A DNA stretch of 64,000 bases from Candidatus Woesearchaeota archaeon (GCA_018303655.1 JAGVXT010000022.1:2633-66632); one strand, 5' to 3'. Positions 18,812-29,241 are shown, counted from the stretch's first letter. The notes: generated by a model not told the origin, from the letters alone. Program-made: numbers and translations.

Positions 18812-21774
18812 CACAGACAAGCTGGCAGATGGCACAACTGTTGGGGTAACAGATGTGTTGTACCAAGACTATGCTGGAGGTATTCACAGCGCAACATTCT
18901 TCTTGGGTGCAAATAAGCTGGAATTAAAAGACACAGATGTAACCGATGCTGGCTCAACTACTGCCCTAAAAGTAGATGATAATACAATTGACGATGCGCT
19001 TGTTACAATAGAAGGTTCTGACACCAACTCAACCTTTAAGATTACAAGAATTCATGTAAACATGACTGCTGATGACAACTATTTTGTGCCTGCAGGAGGA
19101 AAACTTAGCGATGCAATCAAGCAAGAAGGAGGAACATCTGCAGAACCAGAAGTGTTGTTCACACAAAACTGGAATATTGAATATAGAGGCTTAAAGAATG
19201 TAAACAGTGAAAAAATCAAGTTAAAGACAAGCGGCTCAAACCAATATAACTTAAAATTCATTGATGGTGACGGCAATAATGTAGATGTGCCAATTGCAAA
19301 AGCGCTAGCAGCCAATCAAACATTATTTGGAGAAATAGGTAAGGATTTCATTAATGTTGAGAACAGAGTTATTACAAAAGATGATTATTTTGTAGTGACT
19401 GATGGCTCTAGAAAGAGAGGAGAAAGAAAAACATATGTCTTGCAATACAAGGGTGCTGACAAAGTCACTGCTGACAACCCTGTACTTAAATTTAAGAACG
19501 TAGGAAGTGGCAATACTATAGAACAAACTTATTCCCAAGGCTCACCGCTTGCAACATTAAAGATAGGCGGTGCGGACTTTAGAGTTTATTCTGAGAGTGA
19601 TATATTTCAAAATGACTTTGACATTAAAGTTGATTTGGATGCAGATGGCGCAATCAATAATATAAATGACTCATTTGTCAACATAACAACAAGATACGGT
19701 GCAGAGATAGGATTGATTAATTTAAGCCTAGGTCAAAACATCCCTCCAAATATCATTCTGAGCATAAAGACACCAGACGAGAATAGAGATGGAAATGCAA
19801 AAGACAATACAGAAAACTTAATTGCTATAGACTTTGTGGTGAACATAACAAGCGATTCAAATGCCAAAGTTTCACACACAAAATTATCAGGATTTACATC
19901 AGGCCAAAAAGGGCAACAGCTAAGTTTAAGGACACCGGATGGGAAAACTAATGTTGAGTATGGCTACACAAGCTATGGTGCTTTCATAACAAGAGAAACA
20001 CCAACAAATGACCCAACAACGTTTGAGGTAGATTATCCAGAAAGCCAGAGATATTCATTGGTTTACATTACCACTGGAAACTCTAATGTTATAGAGGAAC
20101 CAGGCTCAAATATAACTATTAGTAACAGTAAACGTAAATGGAAAGTAGAAACATCAAACCACTTAGAATTAGGCGAAGAATTTAGAAATGGCAATAAACA
20201 AGTGGAAACATTAAGAAATATTACAACCTATATTGATAAAAGCAATTTAGACATATTAGCTTCTGGCAGTGTTACGAATAATAAATCAACATATCCTTAC
20301 AATCAGTACATGTATTTCCTAGGTCCAGGAACAGAGAGTGCATTAGACGCAGGTTATGTAATTTATACTGAAAATGATAATGATATTGTAGCAGATTTCT
20401 TGCATTATAAATCAGGAAAAGAGATAGGCAGATGGTTGCTTGAATTTACGACCGCATTTGAATCAGGTATTTATGATGATTCTGGCAATCCTTCACTGAC
20501 TGGTTTATCTTTAAAAGATTTTGAAGGCTCTATATTAAAAATATTAGGAAAGAATTATACAATCTCGACTGCTAAAAGAACATCAACAGACGGAAATGGT
20601 GTAGAATTGACACTAATCAATGGTGCAGATAAATTAGAATTAAATGATACTGACATAAAAGACGTTGCTTCCACAGATACATTAAAGGTGAATGATAACA
20701 ATATAGATGACGCATTCGTAATAATAGAAGGCTCTGATGACAATTCAACATTCAAGATTACCAGATTACATGTAAACATGACTGCTGATGACAACTTCTT
20801 TATCCCGGCAGGCGGCAGGCTTGGTGATATAATCACCGAGGAAGGAGGCTCAGGTGCTGAACCAGGGGTACTATTCACACAAAATTGGGATATTGCATAT
20901 CTCGGATTAAATAATCCAGATACTCAAAAAATAAAACTTAGCAATAGCGATTCGAATCAATATAATTTAAAATTTGTAGATGGTAATGGGAATTTAGTAA
21001 CTGTTCCAATAGCAAAAAGTTCAGGTGGCAATGAAATTTCAATGGGAGGTGCAAATGGATTATCTAATGGGCAATTCATTAATAGTGAAAGCTTGAGTAT
21101 TCCAAAAGACGCATACTTTATAATTACAGATGCAAGCAGAAAGAGAGGAGAAAGGCCAACATTGGTATTGCAATATAAAGGTGCAGACAAAATAACTGCT
21201 GACAATCCATTACTTAAATTTAAAGAATTAGGAAGCGGGAACACAATAGAGCAAATTTACACTAATTCATCCCCTTTGGCAACACTGAATATTGAAGGTG
21301 CTAACTACGATGTATATGCAATAGATGATCCGATGAGGGCTGTTTTATCTTCTGATGACTTTAGTATAAGAGTTGACATGGATAGCAACAACATACTAAA
21401 TAATGACTCAAAATCAAATATAGTAATAACATCATTATTTGGCGCTGAAATAAACATAACAAATCAGACAAATCGTTCTATATTATTAAGAATTAGAACT
21501 CCGGACGAGAATATTGATGGGTTTGCTAAAAATTCTATAGAAAATCTTTACCCTTCTGTTTTGATGTTCAACATAACAGCGGAATCTGGCATGATTAATC
21601 ACGTAAAATATGGAAATTTAAATTTTAGAACTCCGGATGGGCAACCTAATGTTGAGCAAACTTATACAAGCTATGGGACCTTTGTAAAAAGAGAATTTCC
21701 AGACGGTCAGCCAGCAACACTTGATATTGATTATCCATCTGCTCAAAGAGAACCTTTAGTTTATTACGAAAGTG
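18176..21774 (+). repeat. Tandem duplication of a 550-630-aa protein module (A: 18176-20075, B: 20139-21774)
   Basis: WQVQTSNHLEL..ETLRNITTYI..ASGSVTN..LDAGYVIYTE..FKITRIHVNMTADDN..RKRGER..LQYKGADK..RTPD..SYG appears twice in the same order. Confidence 0.7.
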
Positions 21775-22967
21775 GCAGTTCCCAATCAAAACTTTTAGAA
21801 AATCTTCCACAAGGAAATCATAGTATCTCGATCATTTGTAGTGACATATTTGATAACATTTTTGATGATTATATAGCATTTACTGTTAATTTTACTGACA
21901 AAGATAATGATGGAATTCCTGACGCAGAAGATACACTCTTAGGGAATTCTAGCAGCATAAATACTTCCACAATAAATCCAATTATTGAGGTTGACAGTTC
22001 AACTAATCTGAGTAAAGAACTTAGTGAAACTAAACTGGTTAAGATCAAGAATAACAACCAAACAATAGCAGAATTTGAATTTAATTTCAGTAATGGCACA
22101 CTTGATCTAAGTAATATTAACATTGACATTCAAATAAACTCGACAAATGGCATGACAATCATAAGCTTAAAAGGATTGTCAATAATCGGCACAAAAACCG
22201 TTTATGTAGGTAATGTGAATAATCTAACAACATTATGCATAAAGGACGCTGAAGTAACTTCAATAACCCAGATTTCTTCTTTATGCAACGGAGCAAATGA
22301 ATTTGGAATCAACTGCCCTGGAACTGCTAATAACAACCAATATAATTGTACCTTTGCAGATGAAACTAATTCAACTTTCAAAATAACTGGATTAATCCAT
22401 TCTGGTATACAGCAGCAATCTTATTGCGGAGATGGGATAGTTAATAGTGGTGAAGATTGTTCAAACTGTCCCTCTGATGCTGGTAGTTGTCCATCTGGTG
22501 GAGGCGGTGGAAGCTCTGGCGGAGGCTCTTCAGGAGGCGGTGGTGGTGGAGGCGGAGGTCTAGCCTTCGTCTGCAACATGGATTGGCAATGTGGAGAATG
22601 GTCGGAGTGCATCAACAGCGTACAAGCAAGGCAATGTGAATTTGCAAAAGTGCCGCAGCACGTATCTGGTACAGAATGCCCGTCACAGGAAAAGTCGCCT
22701 GCAGCAAGCCAAAGCTGTGAAGTAAAGGCTCAAGAGCTAGTCACAGGACAAGCAATTTCAACACCAGAATCAAAATCAACGACAGAAACTGCTGCTCAGC
22801 AGATTTCAAGTGAAGAGCAAGAATTTACTTCTGGTTTAAGCGCTATTTCAGGAGCTGTGACAAAAGTGTTTTCCAATCCAAAAGCTGTAAAGGAGCTTGC
22901 TATTGGTGGATTAATATTGGCTATAGCTGGAGTTCTTGGCTATCACTTTTTATATAAAAGAAAATAA
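18798..22967 (+). CDS. Surface (S-layer-like) protein, C-terminal portion; Cys-rich region, poly-Gly, C-terminal TM anchor
   Basis: Continues module A begun in the upstream ORF. Contains DKDNDGIPDAED (Ca-binding-like), CGDGIVNSGEDCSNCPSD, a G/S run, and the terminal LAIGGLILAIAGVLGYHFLYKRK. Confidence 0.7.
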   Translation: MKDGDTDKLADGTTVGVTDVLYQDYAGGIHSATFFLGANKLELKDTDVTDAGSTTALKVDDNTIDDALVTIEGSDTNSTFKITRIHVNMTADDNYFVPAGGKLSDAIKQEGGTSAEPEVLFTQNWNIEYRGLKNVNSEKIKLKTSGSNQYNLKFIDGDGNNVDVPIAKALAANQTLFGEIGKDFINVENRVITKDDYFVVTDGSRKRGERKTYVLQYKGADKVTADNPVLKFKNVGSGNTIEQTYSQGSPLATLKIGGADFRVYSESDIFQNDFDIKVDLDADGAINNINDSFVNITTRYGAEIGLINLSLGQNIPPNIILSIKTPDENRDGNAKDNTENLIAIDFVVNITSDSNAKVSHTKLSGFTSGQKGQQLSLRTPDGKTNVEYGYTSYGAFITRETPTNDPTTFEVDYPESQRYSLVYITTGNSNVIEEPGSNITISNSKRKWKVETSNHLELGEEFRNGNKQVETLRNITTYIDKSNLDILASGSVTNNKSTYPYNQYMYFLGPGTESALDAGYVIYTENDNDIVADFLHYKSGKEIGRWLLEFTTAFESGIYDDSGNPSLTGLSLKDFEGSILKILGKNYTISTAKRTSTDGNGVELTLINGADKLELNDTDIKDVASTDTLKVNDNNIDDAFVIIEGSDDNSTFKITRLHVNMTADDNFFIPAGGRLGDIITEEGGSGAEPGVLFTQNWDIAYLGLNNPDTQKIKLSNSDSNQYNLKFVDGNGNLVTVPIAKSSGGNEISMGGANGLSNGQFINSESLSIPKDAYFIITDASRKRGERPTLVLQYKGADKITADNPLLKFKELGSGNTIEQIYTNSSPLATLNIEGANYDVYAIDDPMRAVLSSDDFSIRVDMDSNNILNNDSKSNIVITSLFGAEINITNQTNRSILLRIRTPDENIDGFAKNSIENLYPSVLMFNITAESGMINHVKYGNLNFRTPDGQPNVEQTYTSYGTFVKREFPDGQPATLDIDYPSAQREPLVYYESGSSQSKLLENLPQGNHSISIICSDIFDNIFDDYIAFTVNFTDKDNDGIPDAEDTLLGNSSSINTSTINPIIEVDSSTNLSKELSETKLVKIKNNNQTIAEFEFNFSNGTLDLSNINIDIQINSTNGMTIISLKGLSIIGTKTVYVGNVNNLTTLCIKDAEVTSITQISSLCNGANEFGINCPGTANNNQYNCTFADETNSTFKITGLIHSGIQQQSYCGDGIVNSGEDCSNCPSDAGSCPSGGGGGSSGGGSSGGGGGGGGGLAFVCNMDWQCGEWSECINSVQARQCEFAKVPQHVSGTECPSQEKSPAASQSCEVKAQELVTGQAISTPESKSTTETAAQQISSEEQEFTSGLSAISGAVTKVFSNPKAVKELAIGGLILAIAGVLGYHFLYKRK

Positions 22968-22968
22968 A

Positions 22969-23979
22969 TTAAATTAATTTTTTAACAGCGTCAACAATCT
23001 CCCCAATATCCCATTTTGGAGTATAGTAGCATCTAGGCTTGTACGAGCAACAGTCTTTTCCTTTCCCAATAATCTTTATCCCCCTGCCATATAGCTCAAT
23101 CTCATTTGCGCTAGTGACATAAAAAAACACAACAATCTTCTTCTTCAAGGCAACCCCGATGTGCAAAGCCAAGCTGTCGCTTGTCACAAGCACTTTGCAC
23201 AAATTAACCAATGAGGCAAACTCCATCAGGGAATTGCCGCATCCGGCATCTATAACATTTGTTTTGGCTATTTTTTTTATTTCTTTGTTTCTTTCTGCCT
23301 CTTCCGGACCGCCGAAAAGTATTATTTTTATATTTTTTATTTGTTTATTTAATGAGTCTATTAATTTTGCAGTTTTCTCTTCACTTAATTTCTTATCCTG
23401 CCATCTCCCCCCAGCTCCTGTATTGATTCCGATAACCAAATCACTGTTTTTTATCCCGTGTTTTTTCGCAAACCTTTTTCCAAAATCCAATTCTTTTTTA
23501 TTCAAACTTAATATCGGCTCCTGCTTTTTATAATTTAAATCAATAATTCCGTATATGATTGACTGGTAAGTTTTCCTGTTTTTTGCCTTTAAAATATCAG
23601 CTTTCTGCTTTCCAAATTTTGAAATAAGCCCCATGTCAAACCATAAGGATGAATTATTAGTGTATGTTTTCTGGTTCTTTTTTAAATAGGAGCCAATGAT
23701 TTCTTTAGAACTAATTTTTGATGCCAATTCACACGCTTCCTGATCATCATCCAAGCAAATTACCAGATCATATCTTTTATTTTTTAGTTGGTTTTTTGCA
23801 TTGTTGTTTATTATGAATGTTTTGCTTATTAAGTCATTACCTTTCAAGACATCAAAAGACCCTTTCTTTGTAATCCAGTCTATTTTGCAGTTCATGAATT
23901 TGGATTTTAATCCGGGAAGAATAGAAGTTGTCCTAATCACATCCCCAACCGCTCCAAGCTTGATTACCAGCACCCTCAT
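22969..23979 (-). CDS. Family 9 glycosyltransferase (heptosyltransferase-like)
   Basis: MRVLVIKLGAVGDVIRTTSILPGLK start and C-terminal LVTSDSLALHIGVAL give the RfaF/RfaC-type GT9 pattern. Confidence 0.75.
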   Translation of the reverse strand: MRVLVIKLGAVGDVIRTTSILPGLKSKFMNCKIDWITKKGSFDVLKGNDLISKTFIINNNAKNQLKNKRYDLVICLDDDQEACELASKISSKEIIGSYLKKNQKTYTNNSSLWFDMGLISKFGKQKADILKAKNRKTYQSIIYGIIDLNYKKQEPILSLNKKELDFGKRFAKKHGIKNSDLVIGINTGAGGRWQDKKLSEEKTAKLIDSLNKQIKNIKIILFGGPEEAERNKEIKKIAKTNVIDAGCGNSLMEFASLVNLCKVLVTSDSLALHIGVALKKKIVVFFYVTSANEIELYGRGIKIIGKGKDCCSYKPRCYYTPKWDIGEIVDAVKKLI

Positions 23980-24025
23980 TATAGAGAATAATCTATAGCC
24001 TGTTTTAAAGCTTTTTCTTTCAACT

Positions 24026-25666
24026 ATGGAAATTCTACCAAATATTTATAAAGCCAAAAACTTGACCAATGGCATGAAACTAAGTGTTAAAAAAATTGAA
24101 TTTATCCTGATAGTCATCCTATATTTGTCAGCGCTTTACATCTGGACGCTGCCTATTCAAAAAAATAAGCTGCCGTTTGGCGATGTGGACGCAAGCTCAC
24201 ATTTCACCATTGGAGATTATATGGTGGCTTATGACAAGTCCATAGCTAAGATACCCTATCCTATAACTTTTCGGTACAATGGCCAAAATGCCATGTTTCC
24301 GGATTACTTGTGGTATCCGCCGCAGTACTGGACTAATCTAGGAATTGCGCAGGTGCTTGGCGGGGACAGGATATTGCCTCCTTTCATTATAGTTGCAATC
24401 TTTAGCTCTTTGATAATACTTTCATCTTATTTTTTAATAAGAAGCCTTTTTGGCTTCTGGCCGGCTTTTTTATCAAGCTTTTTATTGATAGTTTCCACAA
24501 GAGATTACATGATTTATCTCTGGGGGCAATGGCCTCAATCGCTGTCTTTTGCGTTTACTCCCATGATTCTGTACTGTTTTTACCGCTATTGCAAAAATTA
24601 TAAAGAAAGCCAAAATAAGCCAATCTATCTTTATGTCATGGCTATATTCCTGTCAGGCCAATTTTTCTTTCATCCGCAGGGAATGATAGCTTCGGTTGCA
24701 GCCTTAATCATATTTGTTGCGATATTGATCTTCAAGGACAAAAAAATTCCATTTAGCATCAAACACCTAATTATATCTGTTATTTTGTTTGCATTTGTTT
24801 CTGCTGCATTTGCGCCTTTGAATATTGGGGAATTCTTCTCTTCCTTAGGAGAAAAGCAGTCAAATGCGCAATCTTTTCAATTTGATAAGTTGTTTAAGTG
24901 GTACCAGGGAATAAAGAATGACCCGGGACTGCCGGATTTTTATTTTGAATACAATAAAGCCCATGGATCATTACAAGGCGGCTTGTTGTCGTGGTGGACT
25001 TTGCCGTTTTTGCTTATTGGGCTGTTTGCCCTGGCTTACAGAAGGAAGGAAGAGGATTTGCTGCTGCTGGGCTGGTTTGCGTCATTTTACTTCCTTACAA
25101 GGCTAGTGGTTTTTGGATTTGGCAGCAGGGACATAAGGATGTTTGCGTATGAAGCGCATGTGTTTTATCCCATCATTGCAGTTGGTTTGCTTTCAATAAG
25201 CTCTTTTTCCAGACGGAACATCCTCAGGAAATACTTAAAATACGGATTAATTGCACTGTTCTTAATTTTGGCAGTTTCTGTAAACGGCAAATCGACTTAT
25301 GGCGTTTTAAAAGGGCAGCAGTATTCTATAGGAAGAATAAATCCTGCACAATACGAAGCAGCAGAATGGCTGAGGAGCAACGTGGAGGAAAAAGCGGACA
25401 TATACAACATTGGGACACTGGGCTACCAATATTATGGGGCAAAGATAAAATGGCTTGGTGTTTTATCCCAGCGCCATTTCATAATTAATGCCGAGGAAAT
25501 CAACTCCACAGATTACATATTTTTGGATTATACAGATGCCCTGCTGTTGAGGGACCAAAATTATGCCAATGCACTGCAAAACGTTGAAAAAAATTTCCAG
25601 AATGCATCAGCCATCTACAATAAAAACAGCATAAAGGTGTACAAAGTTGCCGGAATTAAAATCTGA
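24026..25666 (+). CDS. Polytopic membrane protein, putative GT-C-type glycosyltransferase
   Basis: 546 aa. First external loop has GDVDASSHF, then about 12 TM segments and a C-terminal soluble tail. Paralog-like to 26320-27957. The start could be 24074. Confidence 0.5.
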   Translation: MEILPNIYKAKNLTNGMKLSVKKIEFILIVILYLSALYIWTLPIQKNKLPFGDVDASSHFTIGDYMVAYDKSIAKIPYPITFRYNGQNAMFPDYLWYPPQYWTNLGIAQVLGGDRILPPFIIVAIFSSLIILSSYFLIRSLFGFWPAFLSSFLLIVSTRDYMIYLWGQWPQSLSFAFTPMILYCFYRYCKNYKESQNKPIYLYVMAIFLSGQFFFHPQGMIASVAALIIFVAILIFKDKKIPFSIKHLIISVILFAFVSAAFAPLNIGEFFSSLGEKQSNAQSFQFDKLFKWYQGIKNDPGLPDFYFEYNKAHGSLQGGLLSWWTLPFLLIGLFALAYRRKEEDLLLLGWFASFYFLTRLVVFGFGSRDIRMFAYEAHVFYPIIAVGLLSISSFSRRNILRKYLKYGLIALFLILAVSVNGKSTYGVLKGQQYSIGRINPAQYEAAEWLRSNVEEKADIYNIGTLGYQYYGAKIKWLGVLSQRHFIINAEEINSTDYIFLDYTDALLLRDQNYANALQNVEKNFQNASAIYNKNSIKVYKVAGIKI

Positions 25667-25994
25667 AAACAACATTTTATTTGGAATTGCGCTGCTTTTG
25701 GTAATTTTAGTATCATTTGCAATGCTTGGACTTGCAGGGCTAAGAACCATGCTTGGAATCATTATTGTAATGTTCCTGCCTTTCTACCTTATTCTTGATA
25801 ATCTTGGCATGGAGCAAAGAGAAAAGATTTTCTTTTCTTTTTTTATCAGCATTATATTGTTCCCGTCTCTAGTTTATTGGCTTGGTTTTGTTGCGCCATT
25901 CAAGATATCCATTTTTGTGATTTTTGCAGCGCTACTTATTGCAGCCTATACAATAAAAAAATTTTCAAAGAGAGAAAGGCAGCTATTTTTTTAA
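25647..25994 (+). CDS. Small 4-TM membrane protein coupled to the upstream GT-C-like gene
   Basis: TTG start overlaps the upstream gene by 20 nt. FLPFYL...EKIFF..ISIILFPSLVYWLG resembles the convergent 123-aa neighbour. Confidence 0.45.
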   Translation: MPELKSENNILFGIALLLVILVSFAMLGLAGLRTMLGIIIVMFLPFYLILDNLGMEQREKIFFSFFISIILFPSLVYWLGFVAPFKISIFVIFAALLIAAYTIKKFSKRERQLFF

Positions 25995-26354
25995 ATTGAT
26001 TACTATGCCAGCCAAGATCAAAACTAATGGCAGTATAGCAGCATGGTATTTAAGATTTAATCCAGCCAATCCCAAATAATAGCTAACTATCCCAATTAAG
26101 CCTGCTGCTAGGACTATTCCAATAATAAATCTCTCTGTGAAATCAATCTTTTCCATCCAATAAAGCATCATAAAATAGCCAGGCAATGCAAACAGCCAAA
26201 ACAATGATAAAACAAGCCTAAATAATACAACCAGATTTTCCTTAAAAAACACAACCCTGAATATCACTAAGAATACTAAGAACAGCAACCCAATATATTT
26301 CAACTCTTTTTTCATTATGTCAAAAGCTTCTTTCCTCAATGCAATCTCCTCCAA
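25983..26354 (-). CDS. Small 4-TM membrane protein coupled to the upstream GT-C-like gene
   Basis: Overlaps 26320-27957 by 35 nt. FALPGYF...EKIDFTERFIIGIVLAAGLIGIVSYYLG resembles 25647-25994. Confidence 0.5.
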   Translation of the reverse strand: MEEIALRKEAFDIMKKELKYIGLLFLVFLVIFRVVFFKENLVVLFRLVLSLFWLFALPGYFMMLYWMEKIDFTERFIIGIVLAAGLIGIVSYYLGLAGLNLKYHAAILPLVLILAGIVINLKK

Positions 26355-27957
26355 CCTTATTATTTTTCAGTATGATCACAACATCGTTCTCAAAAACCTT
26401 TTGAGAGCCTCTTTTCAGCATATCATTTGCTATTAATAAGTTATAATCCGCCAAAATCTTTTGCCTGCTGGCCTTGTCAAATATAAAATAATCAAAAATA
26501 CATACATCAAATGAATCACCCCACATTATGTAAGTTTTGGCGTTATCCTCTACTTGATGCAGGCCGATATTTAAAAATGATTTTTTATAAGGCATTCCTG
26601 CTCCATGGTCAGCAGGCACCTCGCTTGTGTATACCCTTTTAACTGATCTGTTTTGCAGAGCCGCGAAAAAATCCTGCGGAACAACCTGGGCATGCGTCCT
26701 TTTTGAATTCCGCAATATCGCATCCTGGTCATAAACGTCGCCGTAAAAAAAATACAGCCTTGCGCCTTTTGGAGTGTTCTGGCCCAGCCACTGGAAAGCC
26801 TGCCAGTGCCATGGATCCATAAGCCCTGAAGAGGAAATTTTGTAATAAGTGGGAATATTTGGCACCGGAATGATATTTGACAATAAAAGCATAATAGCAA
26901 TGCCTGTTCCAAAAACAGAAATTGACCTGAATGCCGAAGGAATAAGCTTGATTAATGCATACAGCCCCATCCCAAAGAAGAAAGAAAAGTAAACCGGCCA
27001 AAGCAGCCTTGGCTGGAATGCCCTTATTCCAAACCCTATATAATTAGTGTAGCCAATGCCCAGCATGTACAACCCAGCTATGACTGGCACATCAAACTTC
27101 TTTAACAGCATAAAGCCTGAAACAACTCCTATCATCATGAAAATAAGCAGCAGTTTGAAGTCTGTCAAATAGAAAATTGGAGTTCCGCCCCAGTCATTTG
27201 AAATTTCAAAATGGTAAGGGTTTATGATGGCAAAGCTTTTGGTAAAGATGAATATAGTGTAAAATGACACTACTCCAGATATAATGCCCGCAATTGAGAC
27301 CTTCTTCACGAATTTTAAGTCAAATTTCCTGAAAAACAGCAGAAATATAGCATAAACAAAAATGAATCCAACGCCATATACCAATTCTGATGTATGCGAT
27401 AATGCAAGAGCGCCTATGAATATCCCAAGCAAAATCTCGGATTTGGATAATTCTATCCTGCTTACGGACCAAAATATGCAAATAAGGAACAATTGCCCGG
27501 TTATTGATGCCCAGTGCCCAAATAAAAAGCCTATGTAAGATTTGCTTGAAAACAGCAGGATGGACAATGGCAAAGACAACATTGCTATTTGTTTGTTGAA
27601 TGTGCGAATCAAAATATACATGACAAATGATGATAATATTGCGCTTAAAAAAGCCATAAAGTATATTGTGTCATAGAGGGGAATGCCTGACGAGAAATGA
27701 AGAATAATCCCCAAATGATGAATAACAGAAGGATAGTAGCCTATTACATCCTGGTAGCCTTTTACTATGTAAAAAGGCTCAAGCCTGTAATTTCCAGCGT
27801 CCTTAATTCCTTCTGCCCTGGTTTGCTGCTGGAAGGTGTCAGAAGCCATGTATCCATATGGGAATTCATGCTGCAGCCTGTGGTCCCAAAGTGTTGAAAC
27901 ACCTAAAAATAGCAATGCGCCGAAAACAACTGCCAAATATGGTTTTTCCAGATTCAT
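26320..27957 (-). CDS. Polytopic membrane protein, putative GT-C-type glycosyltransferase
   Basis: 545 aa. First loop has YMASDTFQQ, then about 12 TM segments and a soluble C-terminal domain. Same length and layout as 24026-25666. Confidence 0.5.
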   Translation of the reverse strand: MNLEKPYLAVVFGALLFLGVSTLWDHRLQHEFPYGYMASDTFQQQTRAEGIKDAGNYRLEPFYIVKGYQDVIGYYPSVIHHLGIILHFSSGIPLYDTIYFMAFLSAILSSFVMYILIRTFNKQIAMLSLPLSILLFSSKSYIGFLFGHWASITGQLFLICIFWSVSRIELSKSEILLGIFIGALALSHTSELVYGVGFIFVYAIFLLFFRKFDLKFVKKVSIAGIISGVVSFYTIFIFTKSFAIINPYHFEISNDWGGTPIFYLTDFKLLLIFMMIGVVSGFMLLKKFDVPVIAGLYMLGIGYTNYIGFGIRAFQPRLLWPVYFSFFFGMGLYALIKLIPSAFRSISVFGTGIAIMLLLSNIIPVPNIPTYYKISSSGLMDPWHWQAFQWLGQNTPKGARLYFFYGDVYDQDAILRNSKRTHAQVVPQDFFAALQNRSVKRVYTSEVPADHGAGMPYKKSFLNIGLHQVEDNAKTYIMWGDSFDVCIFDYFIFDKASRQKILADYNLLIANDMLKRGSQKVFENDVVIILKNNKVGGDCIEERSF

Positions 27958-27999
27958 TTCTTTTAATTGAATGCAATTAACAGCTTGTGAATATGGGAA

Positions 28000-28980
28000 T
28001 TATTTAATCTTCCTTGCGTACATGGTCATCTTATAGCGAGGGTCAACATAAATCCTCTTGTCGCTTAATCCAAGAGAATCCGAAATCTTCCCAACCAGAA
28101 TAAATATAGCCTTGTTATAAAGCTTTCCTCTTTCCACAGCCATTTTGACCGAGAAGTATCTGCCTGCGCTTTCTGTCCTCAGCACTTCAAAGCCGAGAGA
28201 TTCCAGGATTTTTTTTAAGGTGCTTTTGGAAAAGAAATATATGTGTTCCCTGACCCTTCTAACCTCTTCCCAATTTTTCCATAGAATCTTTGCTGTCATG
28301 CTTCCGATATTAGGCGTTGTTATGACAACAAACCCATTTGGCTTTAGCACTCTTCTTATCTCTTTCAGCGTGGCCTTTGGATCCGGCAGGTGCTCAATCA
28401 CATCAAATATTGTTACAACATCAAAGCTATCGCTCTTGAGCTTTGCTTTTTCAAGCGTTTTATTCATCACGGGCAGCTTTAAAACATTTTTTGCGTAGCT
28501 GTACGCATATTCTGATATTTCAAGCCCCTGAACATCCCATCCATCATCTCTTGCCAGCTCGAGAAAAAAACCAAAAGCGCATCCTATGTCCAATAAGCGC
28601 CCTTTTCCTGAAAGCTTGTTTATTATTTTCAGGCGCCTCCTGAAAGTGTCTTTTATGCAGTCTTCCTCCTCCAGATATTTGCCGTAGCCGTAAAAAGATG
28701 TTTTAGCACCGTTAAATGCCTTATTGCTAAAATATTTTTTATCATATATCTCATGCAGCTTTCTCTCTTTCAGCCTTGGGTTGACATACGCCAAGCCGCA
28801 ATTTTTGCATTTCACAATATTGAAGCCTCCGATTGCCATTAATTTCCTTGTGGAACTGGAATTGCACAGATTGCAGTTTACAAATTCTGTAACTTCGCTT
28901 TTTGAATTGGTTTTCATTTTCAGAAAGAAAAACAGTCCATATATAAAGATTATTGATGGTACATAAATTCTTCTTACCAA
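28000..28980 (-). CDS. Class I SAM-dependent methyltransferase with N-terminal Zn-ribbon
   Basis: CNLCNS...CKNCGLAYVNP and LLDIGCAFGFF (motif I). The start may be Met22 (28917). Confidence 0.7.
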   Translation of the reverse strand: MVRRIYVPSIIFIYGLFFFLKMKTNSKSEVTEFVNCNLCNSSSTRKLMAIGGFNIVKCKNCGLAYVNPRLKERKLHEIYDKKYFSNKAFNGAKTSFYGYGKYLEEEDCIKDTFRRRLKIINKLSGKGRLLDIGCAFGFFLELARDDGWDVQGLEISEYAYSYAKNVLKLPVMNKTLEKAKLKSDSFDVVTIFDVIEHLPDPKATLKEIRRVLKPNGFVVITTPNIGSMTAKILWKNWEEVRRVREHIYFFSKSTLKKILESLGFEVLRTESAGRYFSVKMAVERGKLYNKAIFILVGKISDSLGLSDKRIYVDPRYKMTMYARKIK

Positions 28981-29241
28981 TATCCAGCCTAAACCGTCCC
29001 ATACATATTATAAATTCTTAAATTTGCATCATAAGGCACAACAGTTAGGTTTTTTGTATCTACAAAAACAACACAAACCTTTTATGGTACGTAAAGTTCT
29101 TTTTGCTAATATCCTATTATACGTCAGAAAAGCCTTTATACTTCTAAAATTTAAGGTGATTTAATGTATTCTGTAAGACAAATCCTAAAAGAAAACTGGA
29201 AACCTTATCTTAAGGTACATAATCCAACAGAATACATAAAA

